From the NCBI GenBank assembly GCA_044341905.1, contig JBIIQU010000001.1:1-34486 (forward strand): DNA of 34,486 nucleotides, written 5' to 3'. Position 1 is the first letter of the stretch; every line of letters begins with the position of its first letter. Of the stretch, positions 8,970 through 18,238 are shown piece by piece. The notes beneath the pieces were generated by a model. It was not told where the DNA came from. It saw only the letters and a program-made list of their open reading frames with translations, and did not search any database. The position numbers and the translations under genes are program-made. Source of the stretch: Vulcanococcus sp. GTDB lineage: Bacteria > Cyanobacteriota > Cyanobacteriia > PCC-6307 > Cyanobiaceae.

Positions 8970-11900
8970 TCATGGATCGCCCGCTTGCCGTGCCCACCTC
9001 CATGGGGCCAACCCTTGCTGCCACTGGCTCTGATCCAGCAACCGGCCTTGCGGCTGGTGCCGCCGAGCCGAGGGTGATGCGCCTGCTGGGTGAACGGCTC
9101 GAGCTGGTGGAAGACCTCTGGCAGACCGTGCTGCGCAGTGAGTGCCCCCCCCAGCAGGCCGAGCGCCTGCTGCGCATGAAGGAGCTCAGCAACGGCATTG
9201 ATGGCGGAGCTCCTGATCAGGCCTCCGAGGCGGCCACCGCGGCGATCGTGCAGTTGATCCGCGACATGGACCTGGCGGAGGCCATCGCCGCGGCCCGGGC
9301 CTTTTCCCTCTATTTCCAGCTGGTCAACATCCTCGAGCAGCACATCGAGGAAGACAGCTACCTCGCCAGCCTCCAGGCCCAGCACCCCGATGCGGTGAGC
9401 GATCCCTTTATCCCGCCGCTGGCCACCCAGACCGAGCCGGCCACCTTCCGGGAGCTCTTTGCCCGTCTGCGGGGCCTGGGGGTGCCGCCCGCCCAGATCG
9501 AGCAGCTGCTCCAGGAGCTGGACATCCGCCTGGTGTTCACGGCCCACCCCACGGAGATCGTGCGCCACACCGTGCGCCACAAGCAGCGCCGGGTGGCGGC
9601 TCTGATCCAGAAACTGCAGCAGAGCCAGCCCCTCAATGTGGACGATCGCCACAGCCTGCGCCAGCAGCTGGAGGAGGAGATCCGGCTCTGGTGGCGCACC
9701 GATGAACTGCACCAGTTCAAGCCCTCGGTGCTGGACGAGGTGGATTACGCCCTCCACTACTTCCAGCAGGTGCTGTTCGGGGCCATGCCGCAGCTGCGCC
9801 AGCGCATCCGCACGGCCCTGGCGGCTAACTACCCCGATGTGGTGCCCCCCAGCGATGCCTTCTGCACCTTCGGCTCCTGGGTGGGTTCAGACCGTGACGG
9901 CAACCCGTCGGTTACCCCTGAGATCACGTGGCGCACGGCCTGTTATCAGCGCCAGCTGATGCTGGATCGCTACATCGCGGCGGTGGCTGATCTGCGCGAT
10001 CAGCTCAGCATCTCGATGCAGTGGAGCCAGGTGAGCGCTCCCTTGCTCGAGTCGCTCGAGATGGACAGGCTGCGCTTTCCGGAGATCTACGAGGAGCGCG
10101 CCGCCCGTTACCGGCTCGAGCCCTATCGCCTCAAGATCAGCTACGTGCTGGAGCGCCTCAAGCTCACCCAGCAGCGCAACCAGCAGCTGGCTGCCGCCGG
10201 TTGGGAAGCCCCGGGCGATGCCAAGCCGGCGCTGCCGGATTTCGGCCAGGGCTCCCTGGCTCCGGCGCCAGCCCCGGAGCTCCACTACGCCTCCGTGACC
10301 GAGTTCCGCAGCGACCTGGAACTGATCCAGGACAGCCTGCAGGGCACGGGCCTCAGCTGTGAGCCGTTACAGGGCCTGATCGCCCAGGTGCACACCTTTG
10401 CCTTCTGTCTGGCCAGCCTGGATATTCGCCAGGAGAGCACCCGCCACAGTGACGCCCTCGATGAGCTGAGTCGTTATCTGCAGCTGCCCCAGCCCTACTC
10501 CGAGATGGATGAGGAGCAGAAGGTGCAGTGGCTGCTCACCGAGCTCAAGACGCGGCGGCCCCTGATTCCGCCTGCGGTGCAGTGGACGCCCGCCACGGCT
10601 GAAACTTTCGATGTGCTGCGCATGCTGCATCGCCTGCAGCAGGAGTTCGGCGGCCGCATCTGTCGCACCTATGTGATCTCCATGAGTCACACGGTGTCGG
10701 ATCTGTTGGAGGTGCTGCTGCTGGCCAAGGAGGCTGGCCTGGTGGATCCCATGGCCCAGCGTTCCGACCTGCTGGTGGTGCCCCTGTTTGAAACGGTGGA
10801 AGACCTCAAGGCCGCCCCGGCGGTGATGGAGCGGCTGTTCGAGGAGCCCTTCTACCGCCAGTTGCTGGTGAGCAGCAGCCCCACCAGCCGGCCCCTGCAG
10901 GAGCTGATGCTCGGCTACTCCGACAGCAACAAGGACTCTGGCTTCCTCTCCAGCAACTGGGAGATTCACCAGGCCCAGATCGCCCTGCAGCAGCTCGCCA
11001 CCCGCCACGACGTGGCCCTGCGTATCTTCCACGGCCGCGGCGGGTCTGTGGGCCGTGGGGGTGGACCTGCCTACCAGGCGATCTTGGCCCAGCCCAGCGG
11101 CACCCTCAGCGGCCGCATCAAGATCACCGAACAGGGTGAGGTGCTGGCGTCCAAATACTCCCTGCCGGAGTTGGCGCTCTACAACCTGGAAACCGTCACC
11201 ACGGCGGTGCTGCAGAACAGCCTGGTCACCAGCCATGTGGACGACACCCCCAGCTGGAACGAGCTGATGGCGCGGCTGGCGGCCCGCTCCCGCAGCCACT
11301 ACCGGGCCCTGGTGCACGAGAACCCCGATCTGGTGGCCTTCTTCCAGCAGGTCACCCCGATTGAGGAGATCAGCAAGCTGCAGATCTCCAGCCGCCCGGC
11401 TCGCCGCAAGAGTGGCGCCAAGGATCTCTCCAGCCTGCGGGCGATTCCCTGGGTCTTCGGTTGGACCCAGAGCCGCTTCCTGTTGCCCAGCTGGTTCGGA
11501 GTGGGAGCTGCCCTGCAGGAGGAGGTGGATGCCGACCCCGGCCAACTGGAGCTGTTCCAGCGCCTGTACCAGCGTTGGCCCTTCTTCCGCATGCTCATCT
11601 CCAAGGTGGAGATGACCCTCTCCAAGGTGGATCTGGACCTGGCCCACCACTACGTGCAGTCGTTGGGACGGGCCGAGTCGCGCGAGGCCTTTGAGCAGAT
11701 CTTCCAGGTGATCGCCAGGGAGTTTGTGCTCACCCGGGATCTGGTGCTGGCGATCACCGGTCACCAGCGCCTGCTGGATGGTGATCCGGCGCTGCAGCTC
11801 TCCGTGGAGTTGCGCAACCGCACCATCATCCCCTTGGGCTTCCTGCAGGTGGCTCTGCTGCGGCGCCTGCGGGATCAGAACCGCCAGCCCCCCATGAGTG

Positions 11901-12007
11901 AGGCCGCCGCCAGCGATGACGGACGCACCTACAGCCGCAGTGAGCTGCTGCGTGGTGCCCTGCTCACCATCAATGGCATCGCCGCCGGCATGCGGAACAC
12001 GGGTTGA
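8966..12007 (+). CDS. ppc: Phosphoenolpyruvate carboxylase
   Basis: [70 protein letters not shown]-terminal GMRNTG. Start ATG 8966 (alternatives 8972, 9002). Confidence 0.98.
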   Translation: MIMDRPLAVPTSMGPTLAATGSDPATGLAAGAAEPRVMRLLGERLELVEDLWQTVLRSECPPQQAERLLRMKELSNGIDGGAPDQASEAATAAIVQLIRDMDLAEAIAAARAFSLYFQLVNILEQHIEEDSYLASLQAQHPDAVSDPFIPPLATQTEPATFRELFARLRGLGVPPAQIEQLLQELDIRLVFTAHPTEIVRHTVRHKQRRVAALIQKLQQSQPLNVDDRHSLRQQLEEEIRLWWRTDELHQFKPSVLDEVDYALHYFQQVLFGAMPQLRQRIRTALAANYPDVVPPSDAFCTFGSWVGSDRDGNPSVTPEITWRTACYQRQLMLDRYIAAVADLRDQLSISMQWSQVSAPLLESLEMDRLRFPEIYEERAARYRLEPYRLKISYVLERLKLTQQRNQQLAAAGWEAPGDAKPALPDFGQGSLAPAPAPELHYASVTEFRSDLELIQDSLQGTGLSCEPLQGLIAQVHTFAFCLASLDIRQESTRHSDALDELSRYLQLPQPYSEMDEEQKVQWLLTELKTRRPLIPPAVQWTPATAETFDVLRMLHRLQQEFGGRICRTYVISMSHTVSDLLEVLLLAKEAGLVDPMAQRSDLLVVPLFETVEDLKAAPAVMERLFEEPFYRQLLVSSSPTSRPLQELMLGYSDSNKDSGFLSSNWEIHQAQIALQQLATRHDVALRIFHGRGGSVGRGGGPAYQAILAQPSGTLSGRIKITEQGEVLASKYSLPELALYNLETVTTAVLQNSLVTSHVDDTPSWNELMARLAARSRSHYRALVHENPDLVAFFQQVTPIEEISKLQISSRPARRKSGAKDLSSLRAIPWVFGWTQSRFLLPSWFGVGAALQEEVDADPGQLELFQRLYQRWPFFRMLISKVEMTLSKVDLDLAHHYVQSLGRAESREAFEQIFQVIAREFVLTRDLVLAITGHQRLLDGDPALQLSVELRNRTIIPLGFLQVALLRRLRDQNRQPPMSEAAASDDGRTYSRSELLRGALLTINGIAAGMRNTG

Positions 12008-12023
12008 GGAGCTTCCTGGGCCC

Positions 12024-12494
12024 GTGCTGGATTCGCTCTTGATTCCCTTTCGCAGTCAGCCCCAGGCGCCTGTGTTGCCGGAGGGTTACAGCCTCGAAGG
12101 CGGGGCTCCTCCCGCGGCGGCGGAGCTCAATGGCCTGCTCGTGGCCTGCGGAGATCCCTCCCGCGACTGCGAGCGCCTGGAGCGGGCCCTGGCCCGCAGT
12201 GCCTGGCAGCTCACCGTGCGTAACAGCACCGGTGCGCTGGTGGGATTTGTGCGGGCCACCAGTGATCTGGCCCTCAATGCCAACCTCTGGGACCTCAGCG
12301 TTCATCCCAGCGAAACGGAGCACGTACAGCAACTGCTGCTCGTGCTGGTGCATGGTGCCCTCGGGCGGCTGCGGCGGGAGTTGCCCGGTTGCAGCATTTC
12401 GGTGGCGGCGCCACCGGTGGCTTTGGAGGCCCTGCGACGCCATGGCTTTGTGGTGGATCCCGGCGGCATCCGTGCCATGGGTCTGCGTCTCTAG
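12024..12494 (+). CDS. GNAT family N-acetyltransferase (Ycf52-like)
   Basis: LVGFVRATSDLALNANLWDL and ...LRRHGF GNAT pattern. Start uncertain (GTG 12024 or TTG 12039). Confidence 0.75.
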   Translation: MLDSLLIPFRSQPQAPVLPEGYSLEGGAPPAAAELNGLLVACGDPSRDCERLERALARSAWQLTVRNSTGALVGFVRATSDLALNANLWDLSVHPSETEHVQQLLLVLVHGALGRLRRELPGCSISVAAPPVALEALRRHGFVVDPGGIRAMGLRL

Positions 12495-12548
12495 CCAGAC
12501 GGCACGCGTCCAGCGTGTCGGCCTGCACCCTGCAGAACCGGAAGCCAA

Positions 12549-12622
12549 CGAGCATGGAGGGACTCGAACCCCCGACATTCAGAACCGGAATCTGACGCTC
12601 TATCCAACTGAGCTACATGCCC
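12549..12622 (-). tRNA. tRNA-Arg(CCG)
   Basis: Reverse complement GGGCATGTAGCTCAGTTGGATAGAGCGTCAGATTCCGGTTCTGAATGTCGGGGGTTCGAGTCCCTCCATGCTCG folds as a cloverleaf with anticodon loop TT-CCG-GT. CCA is not encoded. Confidence 0.97.
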
Positions 12623-12680
12623 GTGCAGGGATCGGATCCCTCCACGGGCCTTACCTTACCCGTCAGACGGCCCCAGACCC

Positions 12681-13790
12681 ATTCGGCTGCATCGCCTGGA
12701 GCTGCTGCACTTCCGCAACTACGGCCGGCTCAGCCTGAGCCTCGAGGCGCCGCGGCTGCTGGTGATCGGCAGCAATGGGGAGGGCAAGTCGAACCTGCTG
12801 GAGGCCGTGGAGCTGCTGGGCAGCCTGCGCTCCCATCGCTGCAGCGCCGATCGGGATCTGATCCAGCAGGGGGAGCGCCAGGCCCTGATCGCCGCCGACT
12901 GTGCGGATGGCGATCGGCTGGAGCTGGAGTTGCGCCGGCAGGGCGGTCGCCAGGCACGCCGCAACGGCAAGCTGCTGGAGCGGCAGCACGAGTTGATCGG
13001 TCCGCTGCGCTGCGTGGGGTTCAGCGCCCTGGATCTCGAGCTGGTGCGGGGGGAGCCTGCCCTGCGGCGCCAGTGGCTGGATCGGGTGGTACTGCAGCTG
13101 GAGCCCGTGTACGCCGAACTGCTCAGCCGTTACGGACGCCTGCTGCGCCAGCGGGCCCAGCTGCTGCGGCGGGGCCTGGGCCAGGGGCATCTGGGGGATC
13201 TGCTGGAGGTCTTTGATCAGCAGATGGCCCTGGTGGGCACCCGCCTGCATCGCCGCCGTCTGCGGGCCCTCACGCGGCTCCAGCCCCTGGCGGCTGCCTG
13301 GCAGCAACGGCTCAGTGGCGGCCGTGAGCAGCTGCACCTGCGCTACCGGCCTGGCAGCCTGCTGGAGGGTGAGGAGGCCGAAGCCCCTTGGCGTGAGGCC
13401 CTGTTGGAGCAGCTGCGGGCCCAGCGCGACGCGGAGCTGCGCCTCGGCCAGTGCACCGTGGGGCCCCACCGCGATGAAATTGCCCTGGAGATCGGCGAGC
13501 AGCCTGCCCGGCGCTATGGCTCGGCAGGGCAGCAGCGCACCCTGGTGCTGGCGCTCAAGCTGGCGGAGCTGAACCTGGTGCACCAGCTCTGGGGGGAGCC
13601 GCCCCTGCTGCTGCTCGACGATGTGCTTGCCGAGTTGGACCCCACCCGCCAGCAGCTGTTGCTGGAGGCCGTGGGGGAGGGGCACCAATGCCTGGTGAGT
13701 GCCACCCACCTGGGGGCCTTCAGCGGCGGTTGGCACGACTGTTCCCAGGTGGTCACCGTGACGGCCGGTTGCATCAGCGCCACGAGCTAG
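12681..13790 (+). CDS. recF: DNA replication/repair protein RecF
   Basis: [10 protein letters not shown], Walker [38 protein letters not shown]. Start placed at ATT 12681 by inference, because the first canonical start (GTG 12762) truncates the conserved N-terminus. Confidence 0.92.
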   Translation: MRLHRLELLHFRNYGRLSLSLEAPRLLVIGSNGEGKSNLLEAVELLGSLRSHRCSADRDLIQQGERQALIAADCADGDRLELELRRQGGRQARRNGKLLERQHELIGPLRCVGFSALDLELVRGEPALRRQWLDRVVLQLEPVYAELLSRYGRLLRQRAQLLRRGLGQGHLGDLLEVFDQQMALVGTRLHRRRLRALTRLQPLAAAWQQRLSGGREQLHLRYRPGSLLEGEEAEAPWREALLEQLRAQRDAELRLGQCTVGPHRDEIALEIGEQPARRYGSAGQQRTLVLALKLAELNLVHQLWGEPPLLLLDDVLAELDPTRQQLLLEAVGEGHQCLVSATHLGAFSGGWHDCSQVVTVTAGCISATS

Positions 13791-13816
13791 TGTTATGCGC
13801 TGTTTGCCTGGATCTG

Positions 13817-14296
13817 ATGACCCAAGCGGCCTGCCTCCACCCGAACCCGGGATGGACCGGAGCTGAGAGCACCTTCTCCAATAGCCCCCAAACACCCAGT
13901 GCCACCGAGATGGTGGGCAAACACTGCATCCTCGAGCTCTACAACTGCGATCCCGCCAAGCTCGACGACGAGGCTTTCCTCAGGAACGCCATCACCACCG
14001 CTGCAAAGCGTGCTGGCGCCACTCTCCTGAATCTGATCACCCACCGGTTTGACCCCCAGGGTGTGACGGGGCTGGCTCTGTTGGCCGAATCCCATATCTC
14101 CATCCACACGTGGCCCGAGTCGGGTTACGCCGCTGTGGATGTGTTCACCTGTGGTGATCACACCATGCCGGAGCGCGCCTGCATTGTGCTGAGCGAAGAG
14201 CTCAATGCCGGCAACTACAAGCTCAAGAGCTTCCGGCGCGAAACCCCTGGTTCCGTGGCCGGTGCCGAACGGGAGCCGGTGTTGGCGGCGGCCTGA
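13817..14296 (+). CDS. speD: S-adenosylmethionine decarboxylase proenzyme (SpeD/SpeH, pyruvoyl-dependent)
   Basis: [22 protein letters not shown]|[10 protein letters not shown] autocleavage motif, AAVDVFTCG. Start 13817 or 13910. Confidence 0.9.
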   Translation: MTQAACLHPNPGWTGAESTFSNSPQTPSATEMVGKHCILELYNCDPAKLDDEAFLRNAITTAAKRAGATLLNLITHRFDPQGVTGLALLAESHISIHTWPESGYAAVDVFTCGDHTMPERACIVLSEELNAGNYKLKSFRRETPGSVAGAEREPVLAAA

Positions 14297-14316
14297 TCCG
14301 CTGCTTGCCGGTCTTG

Positions 14317-14343
14317 AGCCCCTCCGACCGGAGGGGCTTTTTT
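14317..14343 (+). terminator. Intrinsic terminator after speD
   Basis: Perfect 9-bp stem AGCCCCTCC / GGAGGGGCT with a 4-nt loop, then a T run. Lies between convergent speD and larE. Confidence 0.85.
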
Positions 14344-14352
14344 GTGCGCGGT

Positions 14353-15204
14353 TCAGGGGTGCAGGTCGCGGTTGAGCTTGCCGCTCACCAGTCCCTCCAG
14401 GTCGAGGCTCACGGCCGAAAAGCCCAGCTCGCGGAAGGTGCGCACCAGCTCCAGTCGCTCCACGCGCTGCAGCAGGGCCTCCACCTGATGGCTGGGCAGT
14501 TCGATGCGTGCCGTTTCCCCCTGGCTGCGCACCCGCAGCTCCTGGAACCCCTGCTGCCGCAACCAGGCTTCGGCGGCGGCCACCCGGTGCAGGCGCTGGG
14601 CGTTGATGCTGTCGCCGTAGGGGAAGCGGGAGGCCAGGCAGGGCTGGGCAGGTTTGTCCCACCAGGGGAAGCCCAGGCTGCGGGAGATGGCACGCACGCC
14701 TGCCTTGTCGATGCCGAGCTCCGCCAGTGGCGAGACCACCCCGCGTTCGCGGGCGGCCTGGATGCCCGGCCGGTGGTCGCCCAGGTCGTCGCGGTTCACG
14801 CCGTCCAGCACCTGGGGGGGCGGGGAGCCAGGGGCCAGGGTTTCCCGCGCCACCAGGGCCAGCAGCCCGTGCAGTTCGCGCTTGCAGGCGTAGCAGCGAT
14901 CGGCGGGGTTGCTGCTGTAGGCGGGATCCTCCAGCTCGGCTGTGGGGATCTCCCGGTGGCGGATGCCCATCCAGTGGGCCTGCAGGCGCGCTTCAGCTAG
15001 CAGATGGGGGGCCAGGGCCGGCGAGACGCCGGTCACCGCCAGGGCGCGATCCCCCAGTTGCTCCGCGGCGATAGCGGCCACCAGGGCGCTGTCCACGCCG
15101 CCGGAGTAGGCCACCAGCACGGCGGGATAGCCAGCCAGGTGGGCGCGGAGCCTGGCCAGGGCGTGCTCCAGCTCTGGTGGCAGGGCTTCAACGGCGCGAT
15201 GCAC
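14353..15204 (-). CDS. larE: LarE-family ATP-dependent sulfur transferase (PP-loop)
   Basis: VAYSGGVDS, RCYACK, DGVNRDDLGDHRPG, SPLAELG, WDKPAQPCLASRFPYG, RVRSQG. Start at GTG 15204 is inferred. Confidence 0.88.
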   Translation of the reverse strand: MHRAVEALPPELEHALARLRAHLAGYPAVLVAYSGGVDSALVAAIAAEQLGDRALAVTGVSPALAPHLLAEARLQAHWMGIRHREIPTAELEDPAYSSNPADRCYACKRELHGLLALVARETLAPGSPPPQVLDGVNRDDLGDHRPGIQAARERGVVSPLAELGIDKAGVRAISRSLGFPWWDKPAQPCLASRFPYGDSINAQRLHRVAAAEAWLRQQGFQELRVRSQGETARIELPSHQVEALLQRVERLELVRTFRELGFSAVSLDLEGLVSGKLNRDLHP

Positions 15205-15279
15205 GGGCCTCACCAGGCTCAAAGAGGGCGCAGCAGGGCCTGCGGCCCTCGTTAGGATCCAACGGTAAGTGGCCCGGCT

Positions 15280-16491
15280 ATGGCCCCGCAGGCAACCACC
15301 GCCACCACGTCCAGTCGCAGCGGCACCGGCCGTGGCATCGGGATCCGTACTGCTGCCGATAGCAGTGAGCGGGCCCGCGGCCAGTTGCACGTCTACGACG
15401 GCGATGGCAAGGGCAAGAGCCAGGCGGCCCTGGGTGTTGTGTTGCGCACGATCGGCCTCGGCATCTGCGAGCAGAAGCGCACCCGGGTGTTGCTGTTGCG
15501 CTTCCTCAAGGGGCCCGGCCGCTCCTACGACGAGGACTCCGCCATCGAAGCCCTGCAGCAGGGGTTCCCTCACCTGATCGACCAGGTGCGCACTGGGCGT
15601 GGGGAGTTCTTCACGGCGGATGAGGCCACCCGCTTTGATCAACAGGAGGCACAGCGCGGCTGGGACATCGCCAAGGGCGCCATCGCCAGCGAGCTCTACT
15701 CGGTGGTGGTGCTCGATGAGCTCAATCCCGTGCTCGATCTGGGCCTGCTCGAGGCCGACGACGTGGTGCGCACCCTGGCGGCCAAGCCGCCGGGCATGGA
15801 AGTGATCGTGACCGGGCGCGGGGCTCCCCGCCAGTTGGTTCAGATCGCCGACCTGCATTCAGAGATGCGGGCCCATCGCCGCGATGACCGCCGCACCGCG
15901 GGCTTCGACCCCGACCTCGAGGCTGACCAGGTGCAAGGGCTCGAGGGGATCGAGATCTACACGGGGGAAGGCAAGGGCAAGAGCACCAGCGCCCTGGGCA
16001 AGGCCCTCCAGGCCATCGGCCGCGGCATCAGCCAGGACAAGAGCCATCGGGTGCTGATCCTGCAATGGCTCAAGGGCGGCAGTGGTTACACCGAAGACGC
16101 CGCCATCGCTGCCCTGCGAGAGAGCTATCCCCATCTTGTGGATCATCTGCGCTCAGGGCGCGATGCGATCGTGTGGCGCGGTCAGCAGCAGCCGATCGAC
16201 TACGTGGAGGCGGAGCGCGCCTGGGAGATTGCCCGCGCTGCCATCTCCAGTGGGCTCTACAAAACCGTGATCCTCGATGAGCTCAATCCCACGGTGGATC
16301 TGGAGCTGCTGCCGGTGGAGCCGATCGTGCAGACCCTGCTGCGCAAACCGTCGGAAACCGAGGTGATCATCACCGGCCGCTGCAAGCACCAGCCGGCTTA
16401 CTTCGACCTGGCCAGCGTGCACTCGGAGATGGTGTGCCACAAGCACTACGCCGAGCGCGGCGTGGATCTCAAGCGCGGGGTGGATTACTGA
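15280..16491 (+). CDS. cobO: Cob(I)yrinic acid a,c-diamide adenosyltransferase with two tandem CobA/CobO/BtuR domains
   Basis: Two copies of the Y(D/T)G(D/E)GKGKS P-loop, LDELNP and (V/I)TGR motifs; C-terminal RGVDY. Confidence 0.93.
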   Translation: MAPQATTATTSSRSGTGRGIGIRTAADSSERARGQLHVYDGDGKGKSQAALGVVLRTIGLGICEQKRTRVLLLRFLKGPGRSYDEDSAIEALQQGFPHLIDQVRTGRGEFFTADEATRFDQQEAQRGWDIAKGAIASELYSVVVLDELNPVLDLGLLEADDVVRTLAAKPPGMEVIVTGRGAPRQLVQIADLHSEMRAHRRDDRRTAGFDPDLEADQVQGLEGIEIYTGEGKGKSTSALGKALQAIGRGISQDKSHRVLILQWLKGGSGYTEDAAIAALRESYPHLVDHLRSGRDAIVWRGQQQPIDYVEAERAWEIARAAISSGLYKTVILDELNPTVDLELLPVEPIVQTLLRKPSETEVIITGRCKHQPAYFDLASVHSEMVCHKHYAERGVDLKRGVDY

Positions 16492-16503
16492 GGGCTGCAG
16501 CCC

Positions 16504-17676
16504 TCAGTAGCGGGGCACGCTCGGATCCACCTCCTGGCTCCAGGCGTCGATGCCGCCGGCCACATTGATGCCCTCGATCCCGGCCCGCTTGAGTGCGATC
16601 AGGGCCTTGGCACTGCGGCCGCCCAGCTTGCAGTGGGCGTAGAGCGTCTTGCCGGCTGCCAGCTGCTGGATGCGTTCCACGGCCGTGCCGTTCTCGATCT
16701 GGTCGAGGGGGATCAGGACGGCGCCGGGGATCACGGCAATGTCCGCCTCGGGGGGGTTGCGCACGTCGATCAACACCAAGCCACTGGTGTCGCCATCCAG
16801 CAAGGTTTTGAGCTCACTGACGCTGATGCTCTCCACGGCTCCGGCCTCCTCCTGGCCCGGGGCGCTGCCGCCCACGCCGCAGAACTCCTGGTAGTCGATC
16901 AGCTTGTCGATCACCGGCCGCTCGGGGTTGGGCCGCAGCTTCAGCTCCCGGAACTTCATGCCCAGGGCGTCGAACAGCAGCAGCCGGCCGCTGAGGGTGG
17001 TGCCGATGCCAGTGATGATCTTGACCGCCTCGGTGGCCTGGATCACGCCGATGATTCCGGGCAGCACGCCCACCACACCACCTTCGGCGCAGGAGGGCAC
17101 CATGCCCGGCGGCGGCGGTTCGGGGAACAGGTCGCGGTAGTTGGGGCTTTCGGCATCCAGGTTGAACACCGTGGCCTGGCCCTCGAAGCGGAAGATCGAG
17201 CCGTACACGTTGGGCTTGCCCAGCAGCACGCAGGCGTCGTTCACCAGGTAGCGGGTGGGGAAGTTGTCCGTGCCGTCGCAGACGATGTCGTACGGGCGGA
17301 TGATCTCCAGCGCGTTCTCGCTGGTGAGGGCCGTTTCGTAGAGATCCACCTGGCAGTGGGGGTTGATCTCAAGGATGCGGGCCTTGGCCGATTCGATCTT
17401 GGGCTTACCCACCCAGCTGGTGCCGTGGATCACCTGGCGCTGCAGGTTGGAGTGATCCACCACATCGAAATCCACGATCCCCAGGCGGCCCACGCCGGCG
17501 GCGGCCAGGTAGAGCAGCAGGGGCGAGCCGAGGCCGCCGGTGCCCACACACAGCACTGAGGCGGCCTTGAGGCGCTTCTGCCCCTCCATGCCCACCTCGG
17601 GCAGGATCAGGTGGCGGGCAAAGCGGGCCACCTCATCGGGGCTCAGCTGAATGCCACTGGTATTGAGGGGAAGCAT
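16504..17676 (-). CDS. moeB: MoeB/ThiF E1-like adenylyltransferase fused to a rhodanese domain (MoeZ/MoeBR)
   Basis: RFARHLILPEVG, VGTGGLG, DFDVVDHSNLQRQ, DGTDNFPTRY, SCAEGGV; rhodanese IDVR...HCKLGGRS...GGIDAW. Confidence 0.95.
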   Translation of the reverse strand: MLPLNTSGIQLSPDEVARFARHLILPEVGMEGQKRLKAASVLCVGTGGLGSPLLLYLAAAGVGRLGIVDFDVVDHSNLQRQVIHGTSWVGKPKIESAKARILEINPHCQVDLYETALTSENALEIIRPYDIVCDGTDNFPTRYLVNDACVLLGKPNVYGSIFRFEGQATVFNLDAESPNYRDLFPEPPPPGMVPSCAEGGVVGVLPGIIGVIQATEAVKIITGIGTTLSGRLLLFDALGMKFRELKLRPNPERPVIDKLIDYQEFCGVGGSAPGQEEAGAVESISVSELKTLLDGDTSGLVLIDVRNPPEADIAVIPGAVLIPLDQIENGTAVERIQQLAAGKTLYAHCKLGGRSAKALIALKRAGIEGINVAGGIDAWSQEVDPSVPRY

Positions 17677-17727
17677 GGGCCTCTGGGCGCTTTCCAGCTC
17701 CCTACTCTCCCAAATGCCCGGTCGGGT

Positions 17728-18195
17728 TCAAGCGTCCGCGCACACAACCAGTTGCAGCGGCCTGGCCTGGGGATCTTCTCCCCCCTCCGCCGCAGCGATC
17801 CACCAGGCCCCAAAGGCCTGATCACCGTGGGCAAGTCCGCTGCGGATCAGCATCAGCGTGGGCCCCACGCAGAGCTGCAGATCGGTGCTCGAGGGCCTGG
17901 CGGTACTGCTCGGGTGGCTATGGGCCGCACCGATCACCTGGAGTTGCCGCTGGCGAGCCCATTTCTGGGCCAGCAGCTGCTCACGTGGATCCACGGCGAA
18001 GCGGTGACCCCGCTCGCTGGCCGGCTCCCAGTGGTTCAGGCATGGCCACACCCGCAGCAGCTGCAGCTGGGCGGCAGCCTGGTGTCCCAGCAGCAGCGCG
18101 CAACCTTCCAGGGGGTGTGCGGCCTGAAACACCTGCTCCAGAACGATCAGGCAATGCCGATCTATGCGCAGGAGCTCTGGCCATGGGGCAGTCAC
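17728..18195 (-). CDS. JAB/MPN+ (M67, Mov34) metallopeptidase
   Basis: PLEGCALLLG, RFAVDP, and the JAMM motif HSHPSSTARPSSTD. Confidence 0.88.
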   Translation of the reverse strand: MTAPWPELLRIDRHCLIVLEQVFQAAHPLEGCALLLGHQAAAQLQLLRVWPCLNHWEPASERGHRFAVDPREQLLAQKWARQRQLQVIGAAHSHPSSTARPSSTDLQLCVGPTLMLIRSGLAHGDQAFGAWWIAAAEGGEDPQARPLQLVVCADA

Positions 18196-18238
18196 CCGGA
18201 TACCTTATGACCGCTGAACAATCAAGACTCCTGCCTCC

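Noticed and set aside
14353-15858. 501-aa LarE, and similarly over-extended ORF calls for the fructosamine kinase (to 20207), Ycf45 (to 28723) and HAD (to 26520)
   Set aside because: The extensions overlap cobO, crtD, ldpA or tRNA-Gln; family similarity begins at downstream starts.
16504-18195. CBASS/Bil-type anti-phage ubiquitin-like system (E1 + JAB)
   Set aside because: No CD-NTase, E2, Ubl or effector; the E1 is the rhodanese-fused metabolic MoeZ type in core-genome context.
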